A DNA stretch of 64,000 nt, from the NCBI GenBank assembly GCA_043228905.1, contig JBHGNT010000036.1:186001-250000 (forward strand), written 5' to 3'. Made by a program: the position numbers and the translations under genes. Below the pieces are notes generated by a model. The model did not search any database, had not been told where the DNA came from, and saw only the letters and a program-made list of their open reading frames with translations. Source of the DNA: Azolla caroliniana (lineage: Eukaryota; Plantae; Polypodiophyta). Position 1 is the stretch's first letter. The number at the start of each line of letters is the position of its first letter. Positions 33,295-45,800 of this stretch are shown in pieces.

Positions 33295-34107
33295 ATGACG
33301 TCTAGACGGACTAAGGAACTTAAGGATATACAAGACGAGGCTATAAGTAAGGAGGACTTTTTAGATATGTTTAATCGTTTAACAAAAATAGAGATGGATA
33401 TGAAAAAATGGGTGAAAGACACCGAAACCTACAAGAAAAAAGATAGAGAGGAAAAAGATGCCCTCAAGGCCGAAATAGAACAACTTAAAGTAGAAAACAT
33501 CGACCTTAAAAAACAACTTAAGGACATCGAGGTATCTCGAGAAGACGATGAAATATCCTCTATAGAGGATATAAAGGACGAAATTAAAAAAATTAAAGAG
33601 GAAGTTAATAATAACATAGAGTTAGCTAAAATGGGTTGGGTAGATGTGGTTAAAAGAAACATTAAAAAAGAAATAAAAGAGGAAAATATTGTTAACACCA
33701 CCCTTGAAGAAGAGAAAATGCGTCAGGCCCGACGCTTAAATGTACGTGTCACTGGGCTCAAGGAAGGTGCATCCCCAAATGAGGACGCACAAACACTTGG
33801 GAAAATGTTAGGGTATACAGAGGCCCTACCTATCACCAAAGCATGGAGGGCCGGGCGTGACACAACTAGGAAGAGAGCCTTAGTCCTTCAATTTAAAGAC
33901 TTAGACTCTAGAATCACTTTCTTTAAGAAGAGACCAATCCTTCGAGGAATGGATGGGGACCCCATCTATCTCGATGAAGACCTCACTAAGATGCAAATTG
34001 AGCATCGCAAGAGTTGTATGCCACGAGTTATGCAAGCTCGTAAAGAAGGCCATCGCGCCTTTTACCGAGACGGGCGAGTGATCATAAATGATCGCACTAC
34101 TAACTAA
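33295..34107 (+). CDS. LINE ORF1p (coiled coil plus RRM/CTD-like domain)
   Basis: Heptad-rich N-terminal half, then RRLNVRVTGLKE...AWRAGR...LVLQF...IYLDEDLT; no zinc knuckle. Confidence 0.85.
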   Translation: MTSRRTKELKDIQDEAISKEDFLDMFNRLTKIEMDMKKWVKDTETYKKKDREEKDALKAEIEQLKVENIDLKKQLKDIEVSREDDEISSIEDIKDEIKKIKEEVNNNIELAKMGWVDVVKRNIKKEIKEENIVNTTLEEEKMRQARRLNVRVTGLKEGASPNEDAQTLGKMLGYTEALPITKAWRAGRDTTRKRALVLQFKDLDSRITFFKKRPILRGMDGDPIYLDEDLTKMQIEHRKSCMPRVMQARKEGHRAFYRDGRVIINDRTTN

Positions 34108-34113
34108 CGACGT

Positions 34114-37100
34114 GTGGCCCATGTGACAGAAAATGCACTTAGGATGACCCTATGGAATTGTAATGGCGCACTCTGGGCACACCCCGGCCGCCTAGAGGAG
34201 ATACTAAAGGTATCTGATATACTTTTCTTGGTAGAAACACATCAGAGCCCAAATAGAGGACTCCCACGGGTCGAAGGATTCCGTTGGGAGTCCGCTTTTA
34301 GACAAACCTCACGTCGACACACTACTAGGGGATCTGGAGGTGTCGCGATACTATTTCGTAGAGAGCTACATAATAGGATAGAAATAATGAAGATAGACCC
34401 AGAAGCTCGTTTTATGTGGGTGAAAGTCTCCACAAGCAAAGACCATGCAATATTTTTCGCCATTTGTTACTTTCCCCCAGAAGGATCCCGTTATAATATT
34501 AGTGGCTTGACGAGATTAGTCGATGAAGGAATGCCACATGGGCCTTCTCCATACGAACCCCTATTGGATGACATAATCCGATATTCTTCCCAAGGAGAAG
34601 TATTTCTTGTAGGAGACTTCAATGCGAGAACCCAATCCCGACAATGCACAGTATTTCAGATGAATAGAAACCTAGAAATGGTAAATGTTGATCCTTTAGA
34701 CATAGGCACCACACGTAGATCAAAGGATCAAGGTGCGGACGCCACGAGCTTTGGCCATCACCTGCTTGAACTTGGCAGTCGGCACCAGATGGTCATATAT
34801 AATGGTTTAGCTAAGTGGCCGGGCTCGGAAGAGCTCACATGTTTCCCACATGGAGGAGGGGAAAGCACAGTTGACTATCTAATAGGGCGCCCGACAGCTA
34901 CCCACTTGATTAACTCCTTCCGAGTGGCCCCATGCCCTATTGGCGCAGACCATAGCTTCTTATACTTCGAGCTAAAATGTGATATCTCTAAGGTCACCAA
35001 GTCTAGTCAACCATGCCATCACACCACAATACATTTCACACATGAGCTCTCTGACATATACTCTCAACATGTTCAGGCCCATCTCCCCTCCATTGATCCC
35101 TCTCTACCGTTAGAAAGCCTTAGTACAAAACTCACACACATCCTTCACTCCGCAGCAGCTAGCAGTTTCCCATATACAAAACACTCAAATCAAGGTAGAT
35201 CAGGATCAATGCCACAAAATAAATGGTATGACGAGGATTGTAGGGACCTACATAGACAACTTACAGTATCGCAACTCAATGGTAGTATTACCTCCACACA
35301 AGCTCGCAAAGAAATGCGTAAGATGACACGTCGTAAGAGACGAGCGTGGGAGGCATCCCAATACTGGGAACTCTACCATATGCTCATGAGTAGCGATTGC
35401 GCCACGGCATGGAAGAGACTACGGGAGCCAAGACCACAAACACCCATCGAAGATCCCGAAACTTGGCACACATATACAGAGAGACTTTACCAAATCCCAA
35501 ACCAACCACCTTTTCCAATGCCTTCCACACCCCGGCCTACCACGGGGACACTTTTCACGACCTCTAGGGTCATGAAGGTCATAAAGAAATTACAACATAG
35601 GAAGTCCATGGACCACACAGGATTGCGAGCAGAACACATTATATATGCGAGAGAGTGCCTAGCTCCCTTGCTAACTCTAATCTTCAATCGTGCCCTTGCG
35701 GAGGGTTTTCCACCACAGTGGACTATGAATACAGTGACCCCCATACATAAAGGGGGGGACCCCATGGACCCAAATACATATAGGACGATTATGATAGGCC
35801 ATACCCTTGCTAAGTTATATGGTGCAGTAATGGAAGCAGAGCTTAGCGACTACATGGAGACCCTAAACCTTCGTGCACCTGAACAAGCTGGCTTTAGACG
35901 AGCCTTCTCCACTATTGATCACATCTTCACACTTAGATGCCTAATTGACCAAACTAGGGCTCGCAAGAAGAGATTATATTGTTGTTTTGTGGACTTCCGC
36001 AAAGCCTTTGACACAGTCCCTAGAGATCGGTTGTCTGATAGACTTAAAAGCTTGAGGATACCAGATGATATGGTATGGGCCATCTACGCACTATATGAAC
36101 AAGTGTCCGGGTGTGTCCGATGCCCAGGTGGCCTATCCAATCGTTTCACTAGCACTATTGGTGTAAAACAAGGTTGCCCCCTATCACCGACGCTTTTTGG
36201 GATCTACATTGATGAGATCACAGATTTTATTGCTCGTGAGGGAGGCACCGGAGTGGTCCTTGGGGATACGCAGGTTCGTATCTTGCTCTATGCAGATGAC
36301 ATAGTTTTGCTCTCTGAATCCGAACACGACCTACAGAGGCACCTCAATGCCTTAGATGACTTTTGTGTACAACGAGGATTGGTAGTGAATCTAGGGAAAA
36401 CGAAAGTCCTTATCTTCCACACATCGGCCCAAGTTAGAGCTAAGTGTCACCTAACTATCTCCCATAGCCCAGTCGAGGTGGTTGGATCGTACGTATATCT
36501 CGGAGTCACTTTTAGTGCCCGCTCAGGTAAATTTTCGATGACACAGGCAGCGAAGGATAGACTCACGAGAGGACATGCATCGCTCTCACTCCTAGAGAGA
36601 CAATGCCACCAAGCACACTTTCAAGAGCCACGGACTAAAGGGTGGCTCTTTGACTCATTAGTGACCCCCTCCCTCATGTATGCATCTGCGGTTTGGGCTC
36701 CAGGATTACCATCCTTCATGTGGACGCAATTAGAGAGACCATTGGTGATGATGCTATCACGCCAACTCCGAAGCAAATCGACTGTACCACATGACATTAT
36801 TAGGGCCGAGTTCACGTTACCCCCAATGCTAGTAGAGGCACTTTTTCAACTTGTAGTCTTTATTGATAGGATACATAGCCAACCACATGATAGAATATCT
36901 CATCAAGCCTTTAAGGCCTCTCGATCATTGTATGAGTCCGGCTATACTAGCTCATGGTATGGCATGATGGTGACTTGGCTTCTTGCGAATGGTCTAGACA
37001 TTAATAACCTACCTCCCCTTAGGTACAACCACACGAGTGATAACACCTTAATCTCTCATGAGAACCGCAATAAAGTAATACGCCAAGAAATATGGCAAAT

Positions 37101-37845
37101 TTACACTTGGTGTAAATGGATCACCCCACTAGAGCCACTCCCATCTAAAATGTCGTACTATAAGAAACACTTCATGCACTTCTCTGAGTTAGGTTTTATC
37201 ACACGGCCAAAATATCTAGATGTATTCTTACCACATGCACTAAGGGTTGCCATTGGACAACTTAGAATATCGTCTCACCAACTTGAGATTGAAAATGGCC
37301 GTACTAGTGGAGTCCCTAGGGAGGAAAGGATATGTAGGTTATGTCACATAGAGATAGAGGATGAGTACCACTTTACTTGCAAGTGTCCAACCTATGCCGA
37401 GATAAGGGCAAAATACCAAGACATACTTGGTCCGTCTCCCACCCTCCCCAAACTATTAGATACTCTAGATATAAAGAAATTAGGCAAATACATTCTAGAG
37501 CTAAAACAACACAGAGAGAATAAATTACAAAATGTTGACAATAATGTTGCTAATGATCACGAACATGTAACAAATGCAGTTTTTCAGGAACCTGAGGAGA
37601 CAACGAATGCCGACACACTTGCACCACTCGGCCTTTCCATTGATGAGGCAGAAAACCAGAGAAGAACCAGACGTCCTTGGGTGCCGGGTTTCCAAACAAC
37701 TCAACGTGATGTGGACGCAATATTGAAAATAAGGGAACGTGAGCTACACCGCCTAGAAGCCATGGCTAGGGCACTCTCTACATTGGAACCCACATCAAGA
37801 CCCTTTGACCCCCCACTTCTTTTCGAGAGGCTTGGGTGGAAATAA
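34114..37845 (+). CDS. LINE ORF2p: AP endonuclease, reverse transcriptase and C-terminal zinc finger
   Basis: WNCNG, LVETH, GDFNA, STVDY, ADH; EQAGFR, FVDFRKAFD, GVKQGCPLSP, LLYADD, YLG; [24 protein letters not shown]. First ATG at 34144. Confidence 0.96.
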   Translation: MAHVTENALRMTLWNCNGALWAHPGRLEEILKVSDILFLVETHQSPNRGLPRVEGFRWESAFRQTSRRHTTRGSGGVAILFRRELHNRIEIMKIDPEARFMWVKVSTSKDHAIFFAICYFPPEGSRYNISGLTRLVDEGMPHGPSPYEPLLDDIIRYSSQGEVFLVGDFNARTQSRQCTVFQMNRNLEMVNVDPLDIGTTRRSKDQGADATSFGHHLLELGSRHQMVIYNGLAKWPGSEELTCFPHGGGESTVDYLIGRPTATHLINSFRVAPCPIGADHSFLYFELKCDISKVTKSSQPCHHTTIHFTHELSDIYSQHVQAHLPSIDPSLPLESLSTKLTHILHSAAASSFPYTKHSNQGRSGSMPQNKWYDEDCRDLHRQLTVSQLNGSITSTQARKEMRKMTRRKRRAWEASQYWELYHMLMSSDCATAWKRLREPRPQTPIEDPETWHTYTERLYQIPNQPPFPMPSTPRPTTGTLFTTSRVMKVIKKLQHRKSMDHTGLRAEHIIYARECLAPLLTLIFNRALAEGFPPQWTMNTVTPIHKGGDPMDPNTYRTIMIGHTLAKLYGAVMEAELSDYMETLNLRAPEQAGFRRAFSTIDHIFTLRCLIDQTRARKKRLYCCFVDFRKAFDTVPRDRLSDRLKSLRIPDDMVWAIYALYEQVSGCVRCPGGLSNRFTSTIGVKQGCPLSPTLFGIYIDEITDFIAREGGTGVVLGDTQVRILLYADDIVLLSESEHDLQRHLNALDDFCVQRGLVVNLGKTKVLIFHTSAQVRAKCHLTISHSPVEVVGSYVYLGVTFSARSGKFSMTQAAKDRLTRGHASLSLLERQCHQAHFQEPRTKGWLFDSLVTPSLMYASAVWAPGLPSFMWTQLERPLVMMLSRQLRSKSTVPHDIIRAEFTLPPMLVEALFQLVVFIDRIHSQPHDRISHQAFKASRSLYESGYTSSWYGMMVTWLLANGLDINNLPPLRYNHTSDNTLISHENRNKVIRQEIWQIYTWCKWITPLEPLPSKMSYYKKHFMHFSELGFITRPKYLDVFLPHALRVAIGQLRISSHQLEIENGRTSGVPREERICRLCHIEIEDEYHFTCKCPTYAEIRAKYQDILGPSPTLPKLLDTLDIKKLGKYILELKQHRENKLQNVDNNVANDHEHVTNAVFQEPEETTNADTLAPLGLSIDEAENQRRTRRPWVPGFQTTQRDVDAILKIRERELHRLEAMARALSTLEPTSRPFDPPLLFERLGWK

Positions 37846-38057
37846 AATTAGGCTTAGTGTATAGTCACTTTCGAGTATACTACATATTGTACACTACTAG
37901 AACTCTTTTAGTTTAAGTTCTATTTTTTTTTACTTAATTTTATTTTTAGTTATGATGACTGGATAAATACTCTATTGTTGTAAACCAATTGTCTCATGGG
38001 CCAAATTTGGCCTTAGAAGACGTTAATACATCTTTCTTTCTTTCTTTCTTTCTCTCT

Positions 38058-39198
38058 CCCATCAAGCCTTTAAGGCTTCTCGAGCGCTGTATGAGTCCGA
38101 TTATACTAGCTCATGGTATGGCATGATGGTGAGTTGGCTTCTTGCCAACGGTCTAGACATTAATAACCTCCCCCCCCTTAAGTACGACCACACGACTGAT
38201 AACACTTTAATCTCTCATGAGGACCGTAATAAAGTAATACGCCAAGAAATATGGCAAATTTATACTCGGCATAAATGGATCACCCCACTAGAGCCACTCC
38301 CATCTAAAATAAGGAACTCTTTATGCACTTCTCTAAGTTAGGTTTTATCACGTGACCAAGATATCTAGATGTATTCTTACCACATGCACTAAGGGTTGCC
38401 ATTGGTCAACTTACAATATCATCTCACCAACTTGAGATTGAGAATGGACGTACTAATGGAGTCCTTAGGGAGGAAAGGATATGTAGGTTATGCCACATAG
38501 AGATAGAGGATGAATACCATTTTACATGCAAATGCCCCACCTATGCCGAGATAAGGGCAAAATACCAAGACATACTTGGTTCCTCTCCCACCCTTCCTAA
38601 ACTATTAGATACACTAGATATAAAGAAATTAGGTAGATACATCTTAGAATTGAAACAACACAGAGAGAATAAGTTACAAAACGTTGATAATAATGTTGCT
38701 AATGTTTACCAACATGTAACAAATGAAGTTTTTCAAGAATAGGGGGAGCCAATGAATGTCGACACACCTGCACCACTCGAGCTTTTCCTTGATGAAGCAG
38801 AAAAACAAAGAACCAAACGCCCTTGGATGCCGGGTTTCAAAGCAACTCGACGAGATGTAGAAGCAATAAAGAAAATAAGGGACCGTGAACTACACTGCCT
38901 AGAAGCCATGGCTAGGGCACTCTATGCATCGGGACCATGGGTCACACCCACACCAAAAACTTTTGACCTCCCACTTCTTTTTGAGAGACTTGGGTGGAAA
39001 TGAGATTAGGCTTAGTGCAAAGTTTTGTACACTACTAGAACTCTTTTAGCTTAAGCTATTTTCCATTATTTTAGTTTTGATGATTGGATAAACACTGATT
39101 TTTGTTGTAAACCAATTGTCTCATGGGCCAAATTTGGCCTTAAAAGACGTTAATATATCTTTCTTCTTTCTTTCTTCTCTCTCTCTCTCTCTCTCTCT
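38058..39198 (+). mobile_element. 5'-truncated, diverged second copy of the same LINE
   Basis: Direct repeat of about 36900-38050 with stops and indels; same 3' palindrome and TTTC/CT tail. Confidence 0.93.
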
Positions 39199-39358
39199 TC
39201 GGGAGACTTGTCCAATCACAATGCAAGAATAGAAGCAAGGCTTTACACTTACAGGTTTCAACATCAATGGTAAGTTTATTTTCTTCCTCCTTTCTGCTCT
39301 CTCTCTCTCTCTCTCTCTCTCCTTGAGGCTTGTCCTCTACAAGAATAAAAGCAAGGCG

Positions 39359-39456
39359 TTTCACCTACAGATTTCAGCTCGGATATTTGAACGATATCAT
39401 CACCCCTTTCACCTACAGATTTCAGCTCGGATATTTGAACAATATCATCACCCCTT
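39359..39456. repeat. 48-bp tandem duplication
   Basis: TTCACCTACAGATTTCAGCTCGGATATTTGAAC.ATATCATCACCCCT occurs twice. Confidence 0.8.
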
Positions 39457-39757
39457 TACAAGCCTGCATCATCTCTTTGAAGGCATTTTAGGACCCAACA
39501 ACACAGGTTTTTATCTCTTCTTCTTTTATATGTTAGTTTTTCTGGGGAAACCCCCCCTAATTTCTTGAAGCTGTAACCTTTTTATTTTGTCTTGTTGCCT
39601 ATTCATGCTTTTCATTTTGGAAAACCTGAAATTTGAAACACATTGAATCCTACAAAAAACTAGTTTTGTTTTTGCCTTGTGGCGGGGTTTTGATATATTG
39701 TTGATCAAGCTAGAGTTGCATTAGACATGAGTATTATAAGGTGAACAGGGCGCTCAT

Positions 39758-40635
39758 ATGGCAAATCTCGGCAAAAAGCATTGGGAAGCGGTGAAAGGTA
39801 TTATGAGATACCTCAAAGGCACAAAGGACTTGTGTATTTGCTTTGGAAAGCAGAAGGCATCTGTCGTCGGTTTTACGGATGCGGACTATGCTGGTCACGC
39901 AGACTGCAGGAAGTCTACTTCAGGGTATGTGTTTACTTTCACAGGAGGAGCGGTCTCTTGGATCTCCAGACTACAAAAGTGTGTTGCATTGTCTACTACA
40001 AAGGTAGAGTATGTTGCTTCCAATGAGGCATGCAAAGAGGCTTTATGGATTTCATATCTAGTGAGAGATCTTGGCATTACAGAGTTACCTATTCTTCATT
40101 GTGACAGCCAGAGTGCTATCATGCTAGCTCGGAATCCCATCTTTCATGCAAAGACGAAGCACATAGAGGTGAAGTATCACTTCATTAGAGATGTACTTGA
40201 CAGCAAAAACATTGAGCTTGTCAAAGTACATACAAATAATAATCCTACAGATCTTCTCACGAAGGGTCTTCCAGCTGAACGATTTGCTCATTGCCGACAG
40301 ATGATGAGAGTTGGATAGATGTATGTATGTAGTTCAGGTTTGTACATACTTGGACTTAGCTGACTTTTTTTTTTGTTTTTTTCTTCTCACGGCACATTGC
40401 CTTTAGGTGGGAGGTTGTTGGGAATAAAGGGCCATCGTGCCTTTTATTAGTGCACGAGTGTGAACGCACTCGTAGCACACTTTTGACTTGTATATACATA
40501 ATATCGAAAAACCAAAAAAGAGGTACACTCTTTGTACCCAAGACAACGTGCATCTCTCTCTCTCTCTCTCTGTGTCTCTCACTCAGACTCTCTCCCTCTC
40601 TGTTTTTGACCTAAACCCTAATCCTCGTGCTGCCT
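39758..40635 (+). mobile_element. 3' fragment of a Tnt1-like copia (RT end and RNase H, PPT, partial LTR from 40416)
   Basis: HWEAVKGIMRYLKGT, GFTDADYAG, SRLQKCVALST, KTKHIEVKYHFIR; AGGTGGGAGGT then TGTTGGG. Confidence 0.88.
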
Positions 40636-42803
40636 TCAAGGGGATGTCCCACAGAGGGTGTGGACAGGAAAGAATGTGTCTTATCAGCATTTAAGGGTGT
40701 TTGGATGCTTGACCTATGTACATGTTGCTAAAGATCAGAGGTCAAAGCTGGACAACAAGTCCAAGCCTTGTATATTCTTGGGGTACTCGGAAGATGAGTT
40801 TGGGTAGAGAATGTGGGATCTCCTTGATAAGAAAGTGATAAGAAGTCGAGATGTTATATTCATGGAAGACAAGACAATCGGACACTGGAAGCAACAAAGA
40901 CCAGAGTCGTCTTCCCAATCGACTACTGTTTTGGAGTCAACACTAGTCGATCACTCCCACACAACCAGTCGGTAGACAACAGCTGGCTGATGAAGCCGAA
41001 TTTGACTTGGCCGACACTCAATAGCAAATAGATGCACACGAATCAGAGTCGGATGATGAGCTGGTAGAAGAAACCGAATCTGAGTCAGTTGTTGAAGGAA
41101 GAAGATATCCACGAAGAAAAATGAAGACCTCTCGGTATCCAGCCAATCAATATATTCTCGACTGATGAAGGGGAACCAGAATGCTATGAAGAGGTCATGA
41201 CTGATGTACATAAGGAGAAATGGTGTAATGGATTCCTTGCATGAGAACCACACCTATGAGCTGATGGAGCCTGCTTGATGGAAAGAAGGCACTAAGAAAC
41301 AAATGGGTCTACAAATTAAAAATTGGAGAAGACAGAAGTACACCTAGGTATAAGGCCCGTATTGTAGTGAAAGGTTTCCAACAGAAAAAGGGTGTTGATT
41401 TTGATGAGATTTTTGCTCCAGTAGTGAAGATGACCTCCATCCGGACTGTTTTGAGTATGGCTGCGAATATGAATCTGGAAATTGAACAATTGGATGTTAA
41501 AACAGCATGCTTGCATGGTGAGTTGGAAGAGGAAATCTATATGCAGCAGCCGGAGGGCTTTGAGGTGAAAGGAAAAGAAAATCTTGTATGTAGGTTGAGG
41601 AAGAGCTTGTATGAACTGGAACAAGCTCCTCGACAATGGTATAAGAAGTTTGAGTCCTTCATGTTGGAATATGGATTCCACAAAACACAAGCCGATCATT
41701 GTGTATTTGTGAAGAGGTATGATGAAGGTGATTTTAGGATTCTTTTGTTGTATGTGGATGATATGTTGGTTGTTGGACAGAATGCTAAAAAGATTGCAAG
41801 CTTGAAGAAAGCCTTGAGCAAATCTTTTGCCATGAAAGACTTAGGACTGGCAAAACAAATTTTGGGAATGCATATAGTCCGGGACAGGACTAAAAACATG
41901 CTATGGCTGTCAGATATATGTGACGAAAGTTTTGCAAAGGTTTAACATGCACAATGCGAAATGTGTTGGATCTCCATTGCCGGTGAATTGTAAGTTAAAT
42001 TTAGGACAATGTTTGAAAACTGAGAAAGATAAGGCAAAGGTGGCGTATGCCTCTGTTGTTGGGAGCCTAATGTATGCTATAGTCTGCACGAGGCCGGACA
42101 TTGCATTTGCTGTTGGGATAGTTAGTCACTACATGAGTAATCCTGGAAAGGAACATTGGGCAACCGTAAAATGGATACTCAGATACCTCAAAGGTACTTC
42201 GAGTGTATGCCTTAGATATGGCTCCGGGAAACCTATGCTCGAACGTTTCACAGATTCTGATATGTCGAGTGATATAGATTCCGGTTGATCCACATCAGGG
42301 TATGTGATAACTTATTCAGGGTGAGCTGTGTCATGGCAATCAAGATTGCAAAAGGATGTGGCTTTGTCAACCACAGAGGCTGAATATATGGTTGCACTAG
42401 AAGCTGGAAAAGAATTAATTTGGATGAGAGATTCTTTTAATGAACTAGGAATGAAACAAGAAACATTCGTACGTCATTGTGATAATCAAAGTGCTACTGA
42501 TCTCGCTACGAATGCTGCCTATCACTCTCGTATAAAACACATTCAAAGAATGTATCATTGGTTGCGAGAGAGAGTAGAAGAATATGAGTTTGTCTTAGCG
42601 AAGATTCATACTGACGAAAATGGATCAGACATGCTTACTAAAATCTTGCCTACGGAAAAACTTGTTGCGTGCCGACAAAAGGTTGGTTTGGTTGGCTCTT
42701 CCCCTACAGGAGTGAAGGGGGAGTTTGTTATGTAAGATTGTCCCTCCTTGTGGGGGAGTTGGCTGGCCAAATTCGGTTAGAAAGCCGAAATGGGATTTGG
42801 TCG
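40636..42803 (+). mobile_element. 5'-truncated Tnt1-like copia (integrase C-terminus, RT, RH, PPT, start of 3' LTR at 42726)
   Basis: VWTGKNVSYQHLRVFGC, KGFQQKKGVDFDEIFAPV, LLYVDDML, SRLQKDVALSTTEAEY; PPT GAAGGGGGAG. Confidence 0.9.
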
Positions 42804-45800
42804 TGTTGAGAGACAAGCTCAACATTTGTGCGTAATACGATGCATAACCAGTGCGTAGACTGGGTGCATAAAACCGGTACGCAGACCGGTGCGTAGAAAG
42901 GCCGTATTGGTGCGTAGACCGAAATGCCGTTAGAAAGATATTCCTCGTAAGGAATACTTTTGGGAGTAAGTGTCGAGGCTCATTTATGAGCAGTCAAGTA
43001 CTGTCAGTACTTGTGTCAACCCATTGTCAGGGCTTGTATAAAAGTGCTCACTGAGCACATCCTATGTACAGATTGAAGATTATTTTTGAATTTAACTTCT
43101 CGTGTTACTCTCTCTCTCTGTCTCTCCCGCGTATACTGAGTAAGCTCAAGCTCTCCATTAAACCTGAGTTTTCTTCCTTCTATTCGGTCTTCATACTTGC
43201 TTCTGCACGTTACTTTTTACATGGTATCAGAGCGTGAGGGTTGAGAACCTCTCTGCAGCCGACACAGCTTGACGAAGAAGAACAAGAAGAACGATGGATA
43301 GAGGCATGGCGAGCTCGCTTCCAACATAGAAGCTCAACAGAACCAACTACGCGTCTTGGTCCTACAAGATGCACCAATACTTGCTCGGGCACAGCTATTG
43401 GAGTTATGTTGAAGGAGCTAATGACGCGGCACCCGAATCGACACACAGAGACTTCTTGTCGTGGGAGCAATCGGCAAGCAGGGTATTATACTACTTCGCG
43501 TCGTGTGTGGGCGAACAACTATTGAGCTATGTTCGGGATGCAAAGACGCCGAAGGGTGCGTGGGAAAATGTGAAGAAGATTTTCGCCGCGAGCACCACAG
43601 CCAGGAAGCTTCAGCTCCGACAGGAGTTGAGCAACCTACGACAACGCGACTTGTCGGTGGCAGACTATACCTCGAAGATCAAGGATATCTGCGACTCCCT
43701 CGCCTCCATAGAGGTGAACATCGAGGAGAGCGAGATGGTCCAAATCTGTCTCGGAGGTTTGGCGTCGAAGTTTGGAGCATTCCGAACGGCTGTGTGTACC
43801 CGGGAGAATATGCCGTCCTTTTTCAACTTACAGTCAATGCTCCTGGTAGAGGAGAACCACGCGGGTGCGTCTACAAGCACACACACCGACAACATAATGC
43901 TGTACACGGAGGGAGATAGGCCCCGTGGACGTGGAGGACGAGGCGAGTCGGCGCGTAATGGAGGCGGCCGACGAGATCAAGGAAGAAGGCACCGAAGTGA
44001 TGCCGACAGCAACTCCGGACCCTCCGAAAACAGGGGGAGTCGAAGCGATCAGAGCCGGCAAGGGAAGGCCATCACGGAATGCTGGTACTGTGGCAAGAAA
44101 GGCCACAGGGAGAGCGAGTGCTGGAAGAAGTGCGCCGAGTCGGAGAGGTCTGGTTCCGGACATACCGACAAAGGAAATCGGCAGCGATCGCACTACGCCG
44201 AAGGATCCGGAAAAGCCGGAGAAGGGTCAGTCTTCGTGACGAGACACGAAGCAAACTCAATGAAGCAGTCTGCCTCGCAATCAGACGAGGTGTGGTATGT
44301 CGACTCCGACGCGTCAAACCATGTGACGTGGCACAAGGAGTGGTTCTCATACCTTGAGAAACCGACGCAACCAGGAGTAGTCGCAACTGGAGACGACACT
44401 CCGCATCTGATTGCGAATGTCGGTGAAGTTCCCTTGAGCCATGTCGGGCAGAAAGGGAAACTTATGAACGTGTTACACGTCCGGATCATCACGAAGAATC
44501 TGGTGTCGGTCGGGTAGATCGTCGACCAGGGGATGCAGGTTCGGTTTACGCATCTTGGGTGCTTCATTGAGGAAGAAGGCCGTATTATTGCGCAAGGGCA
44601 CAAAGATGGGAGGATGTTTATCCTCGACTCTACTGATGGTGGCACCGCAATGTTTGCGAAGGGAAAAAAAGTCGAGTCAGACATCGACTTATGGCACAAA
44701 CGGATAGGCCACGTCAACTACCAATGGCTTCAAGACCTGCAATCGAAACAAGTGGTGTTTGGATTGCCCAAATTTAGTGGCCGGAAGGCACAAATTTGTG
44801 AAGCCTGCCAACTCGGGAAGCAACACCGACTTCCTTTCCCCAACGAGCGAAACCGGAGCCGGAACAAGCTCGACCTTATACACTTCGATGTATGGGGGCC
44901 GGCACAAAACGTTAGTCTTGGCGGGAGCCGATATTTCGTCTCCTTCATCGACGACCACACGCGGCACACGTGGATCTACCTCATTGAGAGGAAGAGCGAA
45001 GTCTTTGACTGTTTCCGGGACCTCAAAGGGTTCGTGGAAACGGAAACGGGACGAAAGATCAAGTGCCTGCGGTCGGATAGCGGGAAAGAGTACTTTTCTG
45101 GTCAATTCAACGGTTATCTACAACAAATGGGAATTCGGCGCGAATTCAGTTGTAGATACACGCCGGAGCAGAACGGCGTAGCCGAGAGGAAGAATCGGTC
45201 AGTTGTGGAAGCGGCACGGGCAATGCTGGAGGAGAAGAGCATGCCCAAGTTCTACTGGGCCGAGGCGGTAAGGACCGCGGTATACATCCAGAACCAGATC
45301 GGAGACAAAGTGTCGGCGCACGAGCTATATTTCGGAACGAAGCCGAACTTGCGACACTTGAGGGTGTTCGGTAGCATTGCGTATGTGCATGTACCGAAGG
45401 AGAAAAGGAGGAAGCTGGACGCAAAGGCCGAGAAATGCATCTTGGTCGGTTACTCGGACGAGCAGAAGGGTTATAAGTGCTATAAGCCTCGCACCAAACA
45501 AGCGCGTGTTAGCCATGACGTTGTGTTTGACGAGTCCGCGTCCTGGTACCAGCCCCCGACTCCGAACCCCGACTCCAATCCGAGTTCTGACGATGAGGTC
45601 AGCGAGGCTGAGATGCCTTCGGATGAGCCCGAAATCGAGACCCGCGAAGAGCCGGCGAGTAGTGGAGACTCGGTCGTGCATTCCCCGCGCAGGAAGCCGA
45701 GGAGACGGCTTACGCGCAAAGAGAAAGGGAAGAAGAAGGTGTCGGATTCCGGCACGGATAGGGACGAGTCAGACCGACGCGAGTCCGACTCCGAGGGAAC

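Larger units (their letters stand above)
32820..38057 (+). mobile_element. Full-length non-LTR retrotransposon (RTEX-like LINE) with both ORFs open
   Basis: GC-rich (CGT/CGC)n 5' UTR, ORF1, ORF2, 3' UTR with a GGCCAAATTTGGCC palindrome and (TTTC)n tail; flanked by (CT)n. The 5' end is uncertain. Confidence 0.9.
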
